A stretch of 64,000 bases of DNA from an uncultured Actinomycetota bacterium (lineage in GTDB: Bacteria; Actinomycetota; Acidimicrobiia; Acidimicrobiales; Bog-793), in NCBI GenBank assembly GCA_963765505.1, contig CAVXWO010000006.1, positions 130,090 to 194,089 on the forward strand. Reading direction: 5' to 3'. Below the pieces are notes generated by a model. The model was not told the DNA's origin and ran no database searches. It saw only the letters and a list, made by a program, of their open reading frames with translations. Made by a program: the position numbers and the translations under genes. This document shows, in pieces, positions 13,799 through 26,726 of this stretch. Positions within the stretch are counted from its first letter, which is position 1. The number at the start of each line of letters is the position of its first letter.

Positions 13799-14932
13799 CT
13801 ATGTCGTCCGTGTGACTTCTGCGCCTTTTCGCCCAGATTCTGGGACGTTTCGCTCCATCACGGCGACGTCCCAACTTCCCCGCCAGCGCGGCAGCAATGC
13901 AATGCGGGAGAACCCCCGCCGGGCGTAGAAGCCCTCGGCCGGGTCCCCGGCGATGGTGCGCAGCCGCACGCGTTCGCATCCCCGCTCGGCAGCGAGGCGC
14001 TCGACGAAGCGGAGCAGGTGGCTGCCGACGCCCCCCTGCCGGTGCTCGGGCGCGACGATCAGGCGCCGCAGCTCGCAGCACTCGCCCCGGACCTCGCCGG
14101 TCGCGACGCCGAGCAGCTCGCCCGCGTGGCGTGCCACGACGGCGAAGGGGGCGTCGGGTGACCAGCCCGGGCCGTACGTCTCGCGCGCGTACGCCGCCCA
14201 GGCCTCGGCCGCCCAGCGCGCCGCCGGCGGGTCGAGCTGCTCGCTCACGCTGAGCTCGACGGCGAGCCCGCCCCGGCCGACCACCGCCGGGGAGCCGAGG
14301 GCGGCGTCGGCGACCGCGTGCCACGGATGCCCCTCCGCGGCGACGTCCTGCTCCAGCAGCGTGAGACGAGTGAACGTCACGGGGAGCCGGAAGCCGCCGA
14401 GCGCCTCCGTGAGCGTCGCCGCCCACGGGCGCGCGACCTGGTTCGTCAGCGTGACGTGCGGGACGAAGTCCCGCGCCTCGCGGCCGGGCGGCGGCGCGAG
14501 CGGCCCGGTGGCGAGGCGGAGCCGCAGCGCCTCCAGCTCCTCCACGTCGCCCGAGACCCGCAGGTACACGACGGGCGAGCGCGGGAGGAAGGTCGCGACG
14601 GGACCGAGCTCGACGGCGATCGGGCGGCTCGCCGCGGCGGCTCGGCGCAGGAGCCCCAGCGCCGACTCGGCGGCGTCGTCGCGGACGTTGACCGGCGGCA
14701 CGAGGGTGACATGGGGCGGGACACGACCGACCAGCGAAGGGCGCAGCGCCCGCCGCAGCCCGTCGACCTCGGCCGCCGGCCGCCCGTCGAGGACGAGGGC
14801 GACCAGGTAACGGTGGCGCGACGCCCGCTCGGGCGGCTCCGGCCCGCCAGGACCCGGTCCTCGACGGCCCCGGGCGCGGCCGCCCCCCGGCGGCGCGCCG
14901 TCGGCGTCGGGCTCAGACGGGCTCGGCCGCAC
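13799..14932 (-). CDS. fusion protein: 2H phosphoesterase (LigT/ThpR-like, two HxT motifs) + GNAT N-acetyltransferase
   Basis: ORF 13799..14932 has PHVTLVPP and PHVTLTNQ about 95 aa apart (2H fold). A GNAT core follows with the acetyl-CoA loop RQGGVGSHLL and FYARRGF. The GTG 14932 start overlaps the atpC end by 20 nt, so the start is uncertain. Confidence 0.7.
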   Translation of the reverse strand: MRPSPSEPDADGAPPGGGRARGRRGPGPGGPEPPERASRHRYLVALVLDGRPAAEVDGLRRALRPSLVGRVPPHVTLVPPVNVRDDAAESALGLLRRAAAASRPIAVELGPVATFLPRSPVVYLRVSGDVEELEALRLRLATGPLAPPPGREARDFVPHVTLTNQVARPWAATLTEALGGFRLPVTFTRLTLLEQDVAAEGHPWHAVADAALGSPAVVGRGGLAVELSVSEQLDPPAARWAAEAWAAYARETYGPGWSPDAPFAVVARHAGELLGVATGEVRGECCELRRLIVAPEHRQGGVGSHLLRFVERLAAERGCERVRLRTIAGDPAEGFYARRGFSRIALLPRWRGSWDVAVMERNVPESGRKGAEVTRTT

Positions 14933-15461
14933 CCGCGGCCTCGAGTCGTGCCCGAGCGCGTCGGAGCGCGGCCTCCGCGGACTCTGGCGCGAGGAGCCCG
15001 ACCATCGCCCCGGACAGCCGGGCGGCGGTCGGCGGCGCTTCCTCCGCCACGGCGGCGGGCGCGGCCTCGGTCCCCGTCCGCTGCTCGGCCGCGGGGCCCT
15101 CGGTGGCGAAGCGCTCCTCGGCCGCCGCGAGCGCCGCCCTGGCGCGCCCGACGTCGATCTGGTCGCCGCGCTCGGCGACGCCCGCCAGGATCGTCACGGT
15201 GTCGGCGTCCTGGTCGACGTGGACGAAGCCTCCGTGCACCGCGAAGCGCAGCTCGCTCCCCTCGGCGTCGCCCGCCTCGCCGGCATCGGCCGCGTGCGAG
15301 CGGACGCGCACGACGGTGATGTCCGCCGCCCCAATGAAGTCCTCGTGATGGGCGAGGAAGGCGATCTCGCCCGCGTCGGTCCGCATCGAGACCTCCTCGG
15401 CCTCGCCCGAGTGCAGGACGCGCTCTGGCGTCACGATCTCGACGTGGAACGGGGTCGCCAT
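14913..15461 (-). CDS. atpC: F1 ATP synthase epsilon subunit (long, 182 aa)
   Basis: ORF 14913..15461 has the N-terminal beta-sandwich MATPFHVEIVTPERVLHSGEAEEVSMRTDAGEIAFLAHH and sits directly after atpD. It has an Ala-rich C-terminal extension. Confidence 0.9.
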   Translation of the reverse strand: MATPFHVEIVTPERVLHSGEAEEVSMRTDAGEIAFLAHHEDFIGAADITVVRVRSHAADAGEAGDAEGSELRFAVHGGFVHVDQDADTVTILAGVAERGDQIDVGRARAALAAAEERFATEGPAAEQRTGTEAAPAAVAEEAPPTAARLSGAMVGLLAPESAEAALRRARARLEAAGAAEPV

Positions 15462-15542
15462 CGCAGCGGTCCTCCTCGGTCCTGGTGCTCAGTGGTGCTC
15501 GTGCGGGCGGGTGCCCGCAGGCCTGTCGGGTGCCGGGCGGGC

Positions 15543-17990
<2,448 letters not shown>

Positions 17991-17993
17991 GGC

Positions 17994-19564
<1,571 letters not shown>

Positions 19565-19585
19565 GGATGCTCCCTTGTTCTCTGA

Positions 19586-20485
19586 TCAGCTCGGCTGGGC
19601 GAGCACGTCGCGGAGCCGCTCGAAGCGAAGTCGGACGGTCCCGTCGATCACGAGGTCCCCGACCGAGACCAGCATGCCGCCGACGACCGAGGGGTCGATC
19701 ACGACCCGCACCTCGACGGGGCGCTCGACCAAGCGGGTGAGCGCGGCCGCCAGGCGGTCGCGCTCGGCCTCGTCGAGCTCGACCGCGGAACGGACCTCGG
19801 CGACGCGCCGCCCCCGCTCCTCGGCCGCCAGCTCGACCAGCCACTCGAAGGTCCCGACGAGGTCACGGACGTGCCCGGCGCGCAGCACGTAGCGCGTCAG
19901 GCGGAGCGTCGCCGGCCGGACCCGGTCGCCGAGGAGCGAGTCGACCACGCCGACGCGTGCCGCGAGCGGGTTGCCGGGCTCGCTGAGCGCCCGGCGCAGC
20001 TGCGGGTTCGTGTCGAGCACGCGGGCGAAGCGGAACAGCTCGTCCTCCACCTCGTCGACCTCGTCGCGGCCGCTGAGCTCCTGCAGCACCCGCTCGGCGT
20101 AGCCGCGGATCCGCTCGCGCACGAGGGAGCGGCCGGCAGGGGGCTCGGGCTCGACCTCGCCGCGCTCGACGCGCCGTTGCTCGTCCTCGGCCAGCTCGAC
20201 GAGGACGGCGAGCGCCGGGGGCAGCTCGCCGGCCCTCTCGACCCGCACCGCGAAGGAGACGAGTGCCGTCGCCTCGGGCGCCGCCTTGGTCTCGAGCAGG
20301 TCGACGACGACGCCGCGCCGGGCGCTGACGGGGACGGTGGCGTCGGTGAGGACCCGGTAGAGCGACTCGGAACTGTCGAGCGCGCGCGTGAACGTCGCCA
20401 CGTCGCTCACGACCTCGCCGAGACGGCCGGCGGCCGCGGCGCTCTCGAAGGTCGCAGCGGCGTAGCCGCGGAGGAACTCGCGCAC
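19586..20485 (-). CDS. atpH: F1 ATP synthase delta (OSCP) subunit with an internally duplicated N-terminal domain (299 aa)
   Basis: ORF 19586..20485 has two OSCP-NTD-like repeats: [10 protein letters not shown]...[33 protein letters not shown] and [10 protein letters not shown]...[34 protein letters not shown] normal C-terminal domain ([23 protein letters not shown]) follows. Confidence 0.85.
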   Translation of the reverse strand: MREFLRGYAAATFESAAAAGRLGEVVSDVATFTRALDSSESLYRVLTDATVPVSARRGVVVDLLETKAAPEATALVSFAVRVERAGELPPALAVLVELAEDEQRRVERGEVEPEPPAGRSLVRERIRGYAERVLQELSGRDEVDEVEDELFRFARVLDTNPQLRRALSEPGNPLAARVGVVDSLLGDRVRPATLRLTRYVLRAGHVRDLVGTFEWLVELAAEERGRRVAEVRSAVELDEAERDRLAAALTRLVERPVEVRVVIDPSVVGGMLVSVGDLVIDGTVRLRFERLRDVLAQPS

Positions 20486-20486
20486 G

Positions 20487-21005
20487 TCAGTGCGCCGTCT
20501 CGGTCTCGGCCGCGGCGATCGCCTCGTCGATCAGGCGATGGTGGCTCGAGACGTCCAGCTCGGCCTCGACGACCCGCTCGGCGGCGGCGATGACCACGGC
20601 GCTCACCTCGGCCGCGACCTCGCCGCGCACCCGGGCCATCGCCATGCGGACCTCGGACTCGGTCCGCGCCAGGATGCGCTGGTAGTCCTCCTCGGCGCGC
20701 CGGCGGCCGTCTGCGAGGAGCTGCTCGGCGCTGCGGTGCGCCTGGGCGACGATCGCGTCGGCCTCCCGTCGCGCCGCCTCCAGCGCGCCCTGCGCCTCGG
20801 CGACGGCACGTGCCGCGACGGCCGCGGCCTCCTCGCCCGCCTCGAGCGACGCCCGGATCTGCTCGCGCTTCGCGGCCATCATTTTGCTCAGGAACGGCAC
20901 GATGTAGCGCCAGATGAACGCCGCCACGAAGATGAGCGCGATCCATTCGAGGATGAAGGACTCACCGAAGTTGTCGCTCGCTGCCAGCACGTGCGGGGTG
21001 GTCAT
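20487..21005 (-). CDS. atpF: Fo ATP synthase subunit b
   Basis: ORF 20487..21005 has a single N-terminal TM helix (ILEWIALIFVAAFIWRYIVPFL) followed by a long Ala/Glu/Arg-rich helix. Its stop lies 1 nt from the atpH start. Confidence 0.8.
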   Translation of the reverse strand: MTTPHVLAASDNFGESFILEWIALIFVAAFIWRYIVPFLSKMMAAKREQIRASLEAGEEAAAVAARAVAEAQGALEAARREADAIVAQAHRSAEQLLADGRRRAEEDYQRILARTESEVRMAMARVRGEVAAEVSAVVIAAAERVVEAELDVSSHHRLIDEAIAAAETETAH

Positions 21006-21587
21006 CTAGCGAGCGCTCTTCGACTCGGCCTCGGCGAGCGCCTGCTCGATGAGGCTCCGGTGCTTCGCCGGGTCGACCGCCGTCCCGACGACCCGTTCTG
21101 CCGCGGCGACGACCAGGTCTCCGGCGCGGGCGAGGACAGCCTCGCGCGCCCGCTCCCGCTCGGCATCGATCGCGCCCTCCGCCTCGGTAAGGCGCGCGTC
21201 GTGCTCGACCTGGGCACGCTGACGGGCGTCGCGGCGCAGCTCCTCCACCGTGCGGCCCGCCTCCTCGAGGATCGTGCGCGCCTCGGCCCGGGCGCGACCG
21301 ATCGCCTCCTCGCGCTCGGTGGCAAGGCGGACCGCCTCCTGGCGCCCCTCCTCCCCTGCCTGGAGCTCGCTGCGGACGGTCCGCTCGCGATCGTCGATGG
21401 CCTTTTGTATCGGCGGCAGGATGAACCTGGCCACGATGCCGAGCACGATCACGAACAGGATCAGCTCGACGATGAAGGTCCCGTTCGGGAGGAGGAAGAT
21501 CGGAGCCGTCGTCGTGGAGGTCGTCGTGCTCGGCGTCGCCGCGAGGGCACCGTGCACGACTGCGACGTCAGCGCTGACGATCGGCAT
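21006..21587 (-). CDS. Fo ATP synthase subunit b' (second b-type stalk subunit)
   Basis: ORF 21006..21587 has a TM helix (FIVELILFVIVLGIVARFILPPI) and a charged coiled helix. Its stop abuts the atpF ATG with zero spacing. Confidence 0.75.
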   Translation of the reverse strand: MPIVSADVAVVHGALAATPSTTTSTTTAPIFLLPNGTFIVELILFVIVLGIVARFILPPIQKAIDDRERTVRSELQAGEEGRQEAVRLATEREEAIGRARAEARTILEEAGRTVEELRRDARQRAQVEHDARLTEAEGAIDAERERAREAVLARAGDLVVAAAERVVGTAVDPAKHRSLIEQALAEAESKSAR

Positions 21588-21596
21588 CGATCCTCG

Positions 21597-21860
21597 CTAC
21601 TTCTTGTAGAGCACGAAGACGAAGAGGGCCATGAACACAAGGTTGATGAAGTACATCGCCTCGACCAGGCCGACGATGATGAACATGATCGTGAACAGGC
21701 GACCCTGCGCCTCGGGTTGGCGGGCGACGCCGGCGATCGTCTGGCTGCCCGCCAGGCCGTCGCCGATGGCCGCGCCGACGGCGCCACCGCCGAGGGCGAG
21801 CCCGCCGCCGACCATCGCGCCGGCGAGCTGGATCGCCTGCTGGGTCGTATCTGCTGCCAT
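21597..21860 (-). CDS. atpE: Fo ATP synthase subunit c
   Basis: ORF 21597..21860 is a hairpin proteolipid with a Gly-rich helix 1, the loop ARQPE, and the proton-binding Glu in GLVEAMYFI. Confidence 0.95.
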   Translation of the reverse strand: MAADTTQQAIQLAGAMVGGGLALGGGAVGAAIGDGLAGSQTIAGVARQPEAQGRLFTIMFIIVGLVEAMYFINLVFMALFVFVLYKK

Positions 21861-21933
21861 GTCGGTTCTCCTGTGGTAGGTGGTCAGGGGGCTGATGGGC
21901 CCGGGTCCGTCGCCGCGTCCTCGGGGGGCGGGG

Positions 21934-22674
21934 TCAGTGGCTGCCGGCGATCGCCGACTGGAAGTAGAGGATCGTGAGCAGCGTGAAGATGAACGCCTGG
22001 ACGGGCCCGACGAACAGGCCGTCGAACAGCTTCCAGATGACGTCGAGGATCGGGATCGGTGCGACGAACTTCACCGGGAGCAGGTCGGCGATGAGGACGA
22101 GCATCAGGCCGCCCGAGAAGATGTTCCCGAAGAGCCGGAGCGCCAGGGTGACCGGCTTCACCAGCTCCTCAATGGCGTTGATCGGGAACAACGCCTTGAA
22201 CGGCCGGAAGTAGTGGGACAGGTACTTCCTCAGGCCCTGCTTGCGGATCCAGGTCGCGTGGACGAGGACGATGACGAAGACGGCCATCGCCGCGGTGAAG
22301 TTGATGTCGCCGGTCGGCGCGGGCAGGTACTGCGGGTCGTGACCGGTCGGGATCAGCTCCAGCCAGTTGGCGATCAGGATGAAGAGGAAGAGCGTCACCG
22401 CCAGCGGCACGATCGGGCGCCCCTCGTCGCCCATCGATGACTTCACCTGGTTCTCGACGCTGCCCACGATCGTCTCGAAGGCGAGCTGCATCCTGCTCGG
22501 CACGCCCGAGGTGACCTTTGCACGGACGTAGAAGCCAAGCCCGAGGAGGATCGCGGCGGCGACGAGCACCGCCAGGAGGTCGTCGACGTTGACCGTCAGC
22601 CCGAGGAACTTCCGGGTGATGTGGCCGCCGATCGTGGGAAGGCTCGTCGCCAGCACTCCGAGACCTGCGCTCAC
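21934..22674 (-). CDS. atpB: Fo ATP synthase subunit a
   Basis: This is the C-terminal 246 aa of ORF 21934..23226 ([13 protein letters not shown], essential Arg present). Start placed at GTG 22674, overlapping the stop of the upstream atpI-like ORF (GTGA). The upstream part of the track ORF is Arg-rich junk. Confidence 0.9.
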   Translation of the reverse strand: MSAGLGVLATSLPTIGGHITRKFLGLTVNVDDLLAVLVAAAILLGLGFYVRAKVTSGVPSRMQLAFETIVGSVENQVKSSMGDEGRPIVPLAVTLFLFILIANWLELIPTGHDPQYLPAPTGDINFTAAMAVFVIVLVHATWIRKQGLRKYLSHYFRPFKALFPINAIEELVKPVTLALRLFGNIFSGGLMLVLIADLLPVKFVAPIPILDVIWKLFDGLFVGPVQAFIFTLLTILYFQSAIAGSH

Positions 22675-23096
22675 CCGGTCACTCCCGGGGTGCCCTGGCG
22701 GAGGATGGCGTGCACGAGGTTGACGATGAGGAGGAGGTAGAACACCGCGATCCCCCCGGCGGTACCGAACCCGAGCTGCACGGAGGCGAACAGTAGGCCG
22801 ATGACGACGACCGTCGTCAAGCCGAGGCGAACGAGCGTTCGCGAGGCCAGCACACGCTTCGGGTGCTCGGCACCAGAGGCGTTCACCTTGGCGACCGACG
22901 CCGAGACGAGCCGGATGTTCGCCAGGCCGAGACCGAGGCCGATGCAGGCGCCGAGCCCGACGAGGATGTAGCCGAGAACGGCTGCGAGGGCGAGCGCCAC
23001 CACCCCGACGCCGATCGCTGCGAACGCGGTGCGGCGCAGCATCCGCACGATCGCGGGCAGCGGGAGTTGCTCGAACAGGGCAGCAAGTCGGTCCAT
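22671..23096 (-). CDS. atpI: ATP synthase protein I-like small membrane protein
   Basis: ORF 22671..23096 has four hydrophobic helices, lies immediately upstream of atpB and is translationally coupled to it. Confidence 0.6.
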   Translation of the reverse strand: MDRLAALFEQLPLPAIVRMLRRTAFAAIGVGVVALALAAVLGYILVGLGACIGLGLGLANIRLVSASVAKVNASGAEHPKRVLASRTLVRLGLTTVVVIGLLFASVQLGFGTAGGIAVFYLLLIVNLVHAILRQGTPGVTG

Positions 23097-23170
23097 CGTG
23101 TCGTCTCGGTGGCGATCGGCGTGGCTCGCCCAGGACGTTCACACACCCGGGCCGGCGACGCTGCAGGCTC

Positions 23171-23452
23171 CTAGAGGTACCTCTTGATCTTGAAGTACGT
23201 GGCCGCCACCGCGGCGACCAATCCAACGGCCAGTCCGGCCAGCTCGGCGGCCGATCCGGCGCCGGTCGCAGATCCTAACCAGTACCCGCCACCCACTCCG
23301 ACGGCGATGCACCCGGCGGCCGTCGCGCCCATCCCGACCAGCTCGAACGCCGTCGGGCCCGGACGATCCGTCACCTCCGGCCTATCCTCCCACCCCGTCG
23401 TCGGGACGGGCAACACGGCCGCGGACCAGCGCCCGGCCGGCGTTGTCTGCAT
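23171..23452 (-). CDS. AtpZ/AtpR-like small membrane protein (putative F0F1-ATPase accessory subunit)
   Basis: ORF 23171..23452 has two Gly/Ala-rich TM helices (GMGATAAGCIAVGVGGGYWLG, LAGLAVGLVAAVAATYF) and sits at the head of the atp operon. The start is uncertain. Confidence 0.5.
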   Translation of the reverse strand: MQTTPAGRWSAAVLPVPTTGWEDRPEVTDRPGPTAFELVGMGATAAGCIAVGVGGGYWLGSATGAGSAAELAGLAVGLVAAVAATYFKIKRYL

Positions 23453-24821
23453 CCTCTTGGACAGCTGGCGCGCCGCCGCGGGCCACGAGCCGGCGGATGC
23501 GCTTGCGGGGGCGGCGCCGGGGCCTGCGCGGCGAGGCGAGATCGGGCTCGCCCGCCACCGCCACGCCCGCGGCGCCGCTCATCACCACGCTGATCGGGGG
23601 CTTGCCCTGGCCGGCCGTCTCGCGTGGGCCGTCGGCGGAGACCCGCTCGGCCGTTGCCGGCTGGGAGGGGAGCGGCCCCGACGAGCGGGTGAGCGTCGGG
23701 TCGACCGCGCCGGGCCGGCCGGCCGGCCGGAACACCGTGTAGAGGCCGACGACGAGGAACCCCAGGCCGAACGGCACGTAGACGTTGGCGCGGGGATCGA
23801 ACGACGGCAGCAGGACGAACGCCGAGAGCAGCGCCGTCCAGGCCCACAGGATCAGCACCGCTCGGCGGTGGCCGTGGCCGAGGCGCACCAGACGGTGGTG
23901 CAGGTGACCGAGGTCGCGCTCGGCGAAGCTGGCATGGCGCACGGTCCGGCGCACGATGGCGAACGCGGTGTCGAGGATCGGGACCCCGAGGATGAAGAAC
24001 GGGATGAACAGCGGAGCGAAGCGGAAGAACGTCAGTCCCGAGACGTCGGCCGCGCCTGACGGCGTCTCGGTCCGACCCCCGATGAGCATCGTCGAGGCCG
24101 CCATGAGCAGCCCGAGGAAGAGTGCCCCGCCGTCGCCCATGAAGATGCGGGCCGGGTGGAAGTTGTGCGGCAGGAACCCGATACAGACGCCGCAGGTGAT
24201 CGCCGCGACGAGCGGGCCGAGGCTGTCGGCGGGCAGGTCGCCCAGCGCGATGAGCCGGAGGCCGTAGATGCAGGTGGTGCCGGCCGCGATGGCCACGGTG
24301 CCCGCCGCGAGGCCGTCCAGCCCGTCGATCAGGTTCACGGCATTGGCGATGCCGACGACCCACACAGCGGTGACGAGCGGCAGGATCGAGGGTGCGAGCA
24401 CGATGACCCCGGCGACGAAGGGGATCTTGAAGAAGTACATCGTCACGCCGAGGAAGACCAGCACCATCGCCGCCAGCACCTGGCCGGCCACCTTGGCCGG
24501 CGCCGAGATGTCCTTCACGTCATCGACGAAGCCCACGAGGTAGATGACGAGCGCGCCGAGGACCACGCCGAGCGGTTCGGACGAGCCGTGGAAGATCCCC
24601 TGCAGGGGACCGAAGCGGGACGCGACGAGCATCGCGGCGGCAAATGCGATGAGCATCGACGCCCCGCCGACGGTCGGCGTCGGGCGGGAGTGGACGTGGT
24701 ACTCACCGGTCGCGGCGACGGCGCCGAAACGCCGCGCGAGGTAGCGGACGGGGAAGGTGAGGAGGTAAGTGCCGAGAGCGGCGACGCCGAAGACGACCGC
24801 GTAGTCGCCGTAGGTGCCCAC
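23382..24821 (-). CDS. wecA: UDP-GlcNAc:undecaprenyl-phosphate GlcNAc-1-phosphate transferase (WecA/Rfe, MraY-like GT4) with a ~100-aa C-terminal tail
   Basis: ORF 23382..24821 has VDDVKDISAPAKV, NAVNLIDGLDGLAAG, multiple TM helices and the conserved position upstream of the atp operon. The tail overlaps the atpZ-like ORF by 71 nt. Confidence 0.85.
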   Translation of the reverse strand: MGTYGDYAVVFGVAALGTYLLTFPVRYLARRFGAVAATGEYHVHSRPTPTVGGASMLIAFAAAMLVASRFGPLQGIFHGSSEPLGVVLGALVIYLVGFVDDVKDISAPAKVAGQVLAAMVLVFLGVTMYFFKIPFVAGVIVLAPSILPLVTAVWVVGIANAVNLIDGLDGLAAGTVAIAAGTTCIYGLRLIALGDLPADSLGPLVAAITCGVCIGFLPHNFHPARIFMGDGGALFLGLLMAASTMLIGGRTETPSGAADVSGLTFFRFAPLFIPFFILGVPILDTAFAIVRRTVRHASFAERDLGHLHHRLVRLGHGHRRAVLILWAWTALLSAFVLLPSFDPRANVYVPFGLGFLVVGLYTVFRPAGRPGAVDPTLTRSSGPLPSQPATAERVSADGPRETAGQGKPPISVVMSGAAGVAVAGEPDLASPRRPRRRPRKRIRRLVARGGAPAVQEDADNAGRALVRGRVARPDDGVGG

Positions 24822-26167
24822 CTAGTCGGACCCGGCTCCGGCGCGCCCTCGCGCTGCGGTGCCGGCGGCCCCGGGCGCTCCCGGCAGCGGCTCGGGGTAG
24901 GGGTCGAACTTGGCGCAGAGCGTGCGGACCTCGTCGCGCACCTCGGCGAGCACCCGGGCGTCCTCCGGGACGCGAAGGACGCGCGCGATCAGCGCTCCGA
25001 TCGCCGCCATCTCCCCTTCGCCCATCCCGGCGGTCGTCTCCGCCGCCGTGCCGAGCCTGAGCCCGCTCGTCACGAAGGGCGGCCGCGGGTCGTCGGGGAT
25101 CTGGTTGCGATTGCAGGTGAGCCCGGCGCGGTCAAGCGCCTCCTGCGCGACCTTGCCGGTGAGCTCGGCGTCGAAGGCGCGCAGGTCGACGAGCACTGTG
25201 TGGTTGTCGGTGCCCCCGGCGACGAGGCGGAAGCCCTCCGCCGCCAGCGAGTCGGCGAGCGCCGCGGCGTTGCGGACGACCTGTGCTGCGTAGGCGCGGA
25301 ACTCCGGGCGGGCCGCCTCGCCGAAGGCGACGGCCTTCGCGGCGATGACGTGCTCCAAGCGGGCCGCCCTGCAGGCCCGGGAAGACCGCCTCGTCGATCG
25401 CCTTGGCGAGCTCCTCCCGGCAGACGATCGCCCCGCCGCGCGGGCCGCGCAGCGTCTTGTGCGTCGTGAAGGTGACGACGTCGGCGAGGCCGACCGGGCT
25501 CGGGTGCGCACCCCCGGCGATCAGGCCCGGCGAGGTGCGCGGCGTCGAACATCAACAGCGCGCCCACCTCGTCGGCGATCTCCCGGAACGGGCGGGGGTC
25601 GATGACGCGGGGGTAGGCGGTCGCGCCAGCGACGATGATCCGCGGGCGTTCTCGGAGGGCGAGGTCGCGGACCTGGTCGTAGTCGATCCGCTCGCCCGAT
25701 CGTCCTCGGCCGCAGGGGTGACGCCGTAGGCGACGAAGCGGTAGTATCTTGCCGGTGATGTTCACCGGCGAGCCGTGGGTCAGGTGGCCGCCCTGGTCGA
25801 GGCGCATCGCCAGGACGGTGTCGCCGGGCTCGAGCGAGCGCCAGGTAGGCGGCGAGGTTGGCGTTGGCCCCCGAGTGCGGCTGGACGTTGGCGTGCGTCG
25901 GCGCCGAACAGCGATTTGGCGCGGCTCGCGGGCGAGGTCCTCGACCTCGTCGACGTAGGTGTTGCCGCCGTAGTAGCGCTTGCCCGGGTAGCCCTCGGAG
26001 TACTTGTTGGTGAGGACCGAGGCCGTCGCCGCGAGCACCGCGGGCGAGGTGAAGTTCTCCGAGGCGATGAGCTGGACGGTCGTCCGTTGCCGCTCGATCT
26101 CCTCGGCGAGGATCGCCCCGACCTCCGGGTCCGACACCAGCAGATCGCTCGCGGTTGGCTGGCTCAC
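24822..26167 (-). pseudogene. glyA: serine hydroxymethyltransferase GlyA; about 7 frame breaks between 25358 and 25923
   Basis: Canonical SHMT peptides are spread over three frames: LIASENFTSPAVL...NKYSEGYPGKRYYGG, HANVQPHSGANANLAAYLAL, LEPGDTVLAMRLDQGGHLTHGSPVN, IIVAGATAYPR...[19 protein letters not shown] and [15 protein letters not shown] 26167 overlaps the rpiB stop. Confidence 0.9.
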
Positions 26168-26607
26168 GCGGCGTCCTCCAGACGGTCGATCTTGGCGATG
26201 CGGCCGGCGTGACGGCCACCTTCGAAGGCGCTGGCCAGAAAGGCCTCGAGCGCGTCGGTCGCCACGACGGTCCCGACGAGGCGCGCGCCGAAGCAGATGA
26301 CGTTGGCGGCGTTGTGCTGGCGCGCGAGGCGCGCCGAGCTCACATCGTGCACGACCGCGGCGCGCACGCCGCGCACCTTGTTGGCGGCGATGGCGATGCC
26401 GATGCCCGTTCCGCAGCAGCAGACCCCGAGCTCCGCCCTGCCCGAGGCCACGGAGCGACCGGCGGCCGCGCCGTAGTCCGGGTAGTCCACCGACGCCTCG
26501 TCGTGGGTCCCGAGGTCGTCGACCTCGTGCCCGAGCTCGACGAGGTGCTTCGCGAGCAGATCCTTGAGCGCGAGGCCGGCGTGGTCCGACGCGACGGCGA
26601 TCCTCAC
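26164..26607 (-). CDS. rpiB: ribose-5-phosphate isomerase B
   Basis: ORF 26164..26607 has MRIAVASDHAGLALK, CCCGTGIGIAIAANK and the typical 147-aa length. Confidence 0.9.
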   Translation of the reverse strand: MRIAVASDHAGLALKDLLAKHLVELGHEVDDLGTHDEASVDYPDYGAAAGRSVASGRAELGVCCCGTGIGIAIAANKVRGVRAAVVHDVSSARLARQHNAANVICFGARLVGTVVATDALEAFLASAFEGGRHAGRIAKIDRLEDAA

Positions 26608-26726
26608 GGCAGGGCAGTCTACCGATCGGCTCCCGGGCCGCCGGGGCGCTCCCGGTGGCCGCGGGGCCCGACGGGCGCGCGCCCGGCGCTCGGGCGAGGG
26701 TGGCGCGCCGGGTTACGTGTGGCCGC

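Noticed and set aside
20480-20492. Hidden b-delta fusion masked by an assembly indel
   Set aside because: The b ORF ends in an in-frame TGA (CAC TGA c GTG). Fusing the ORFs would need a substitution of the stop codon as well as a frame change, whereas the errors in this window are indels. I therefore keep them as separate genes, flagged for read verification.
24822-26167. glyA as a genuinely decaying pseudogene (7 frame breaks in about 570 nt)
   Set aside because: All peptide segments between breaks are still canonical SHMT sequence. There are no in-frame stops or degraded motifs, and the gene is operon-integrated with tight junctions. Indel-only damage points to local sequence error, although this cannot be proven without reads.
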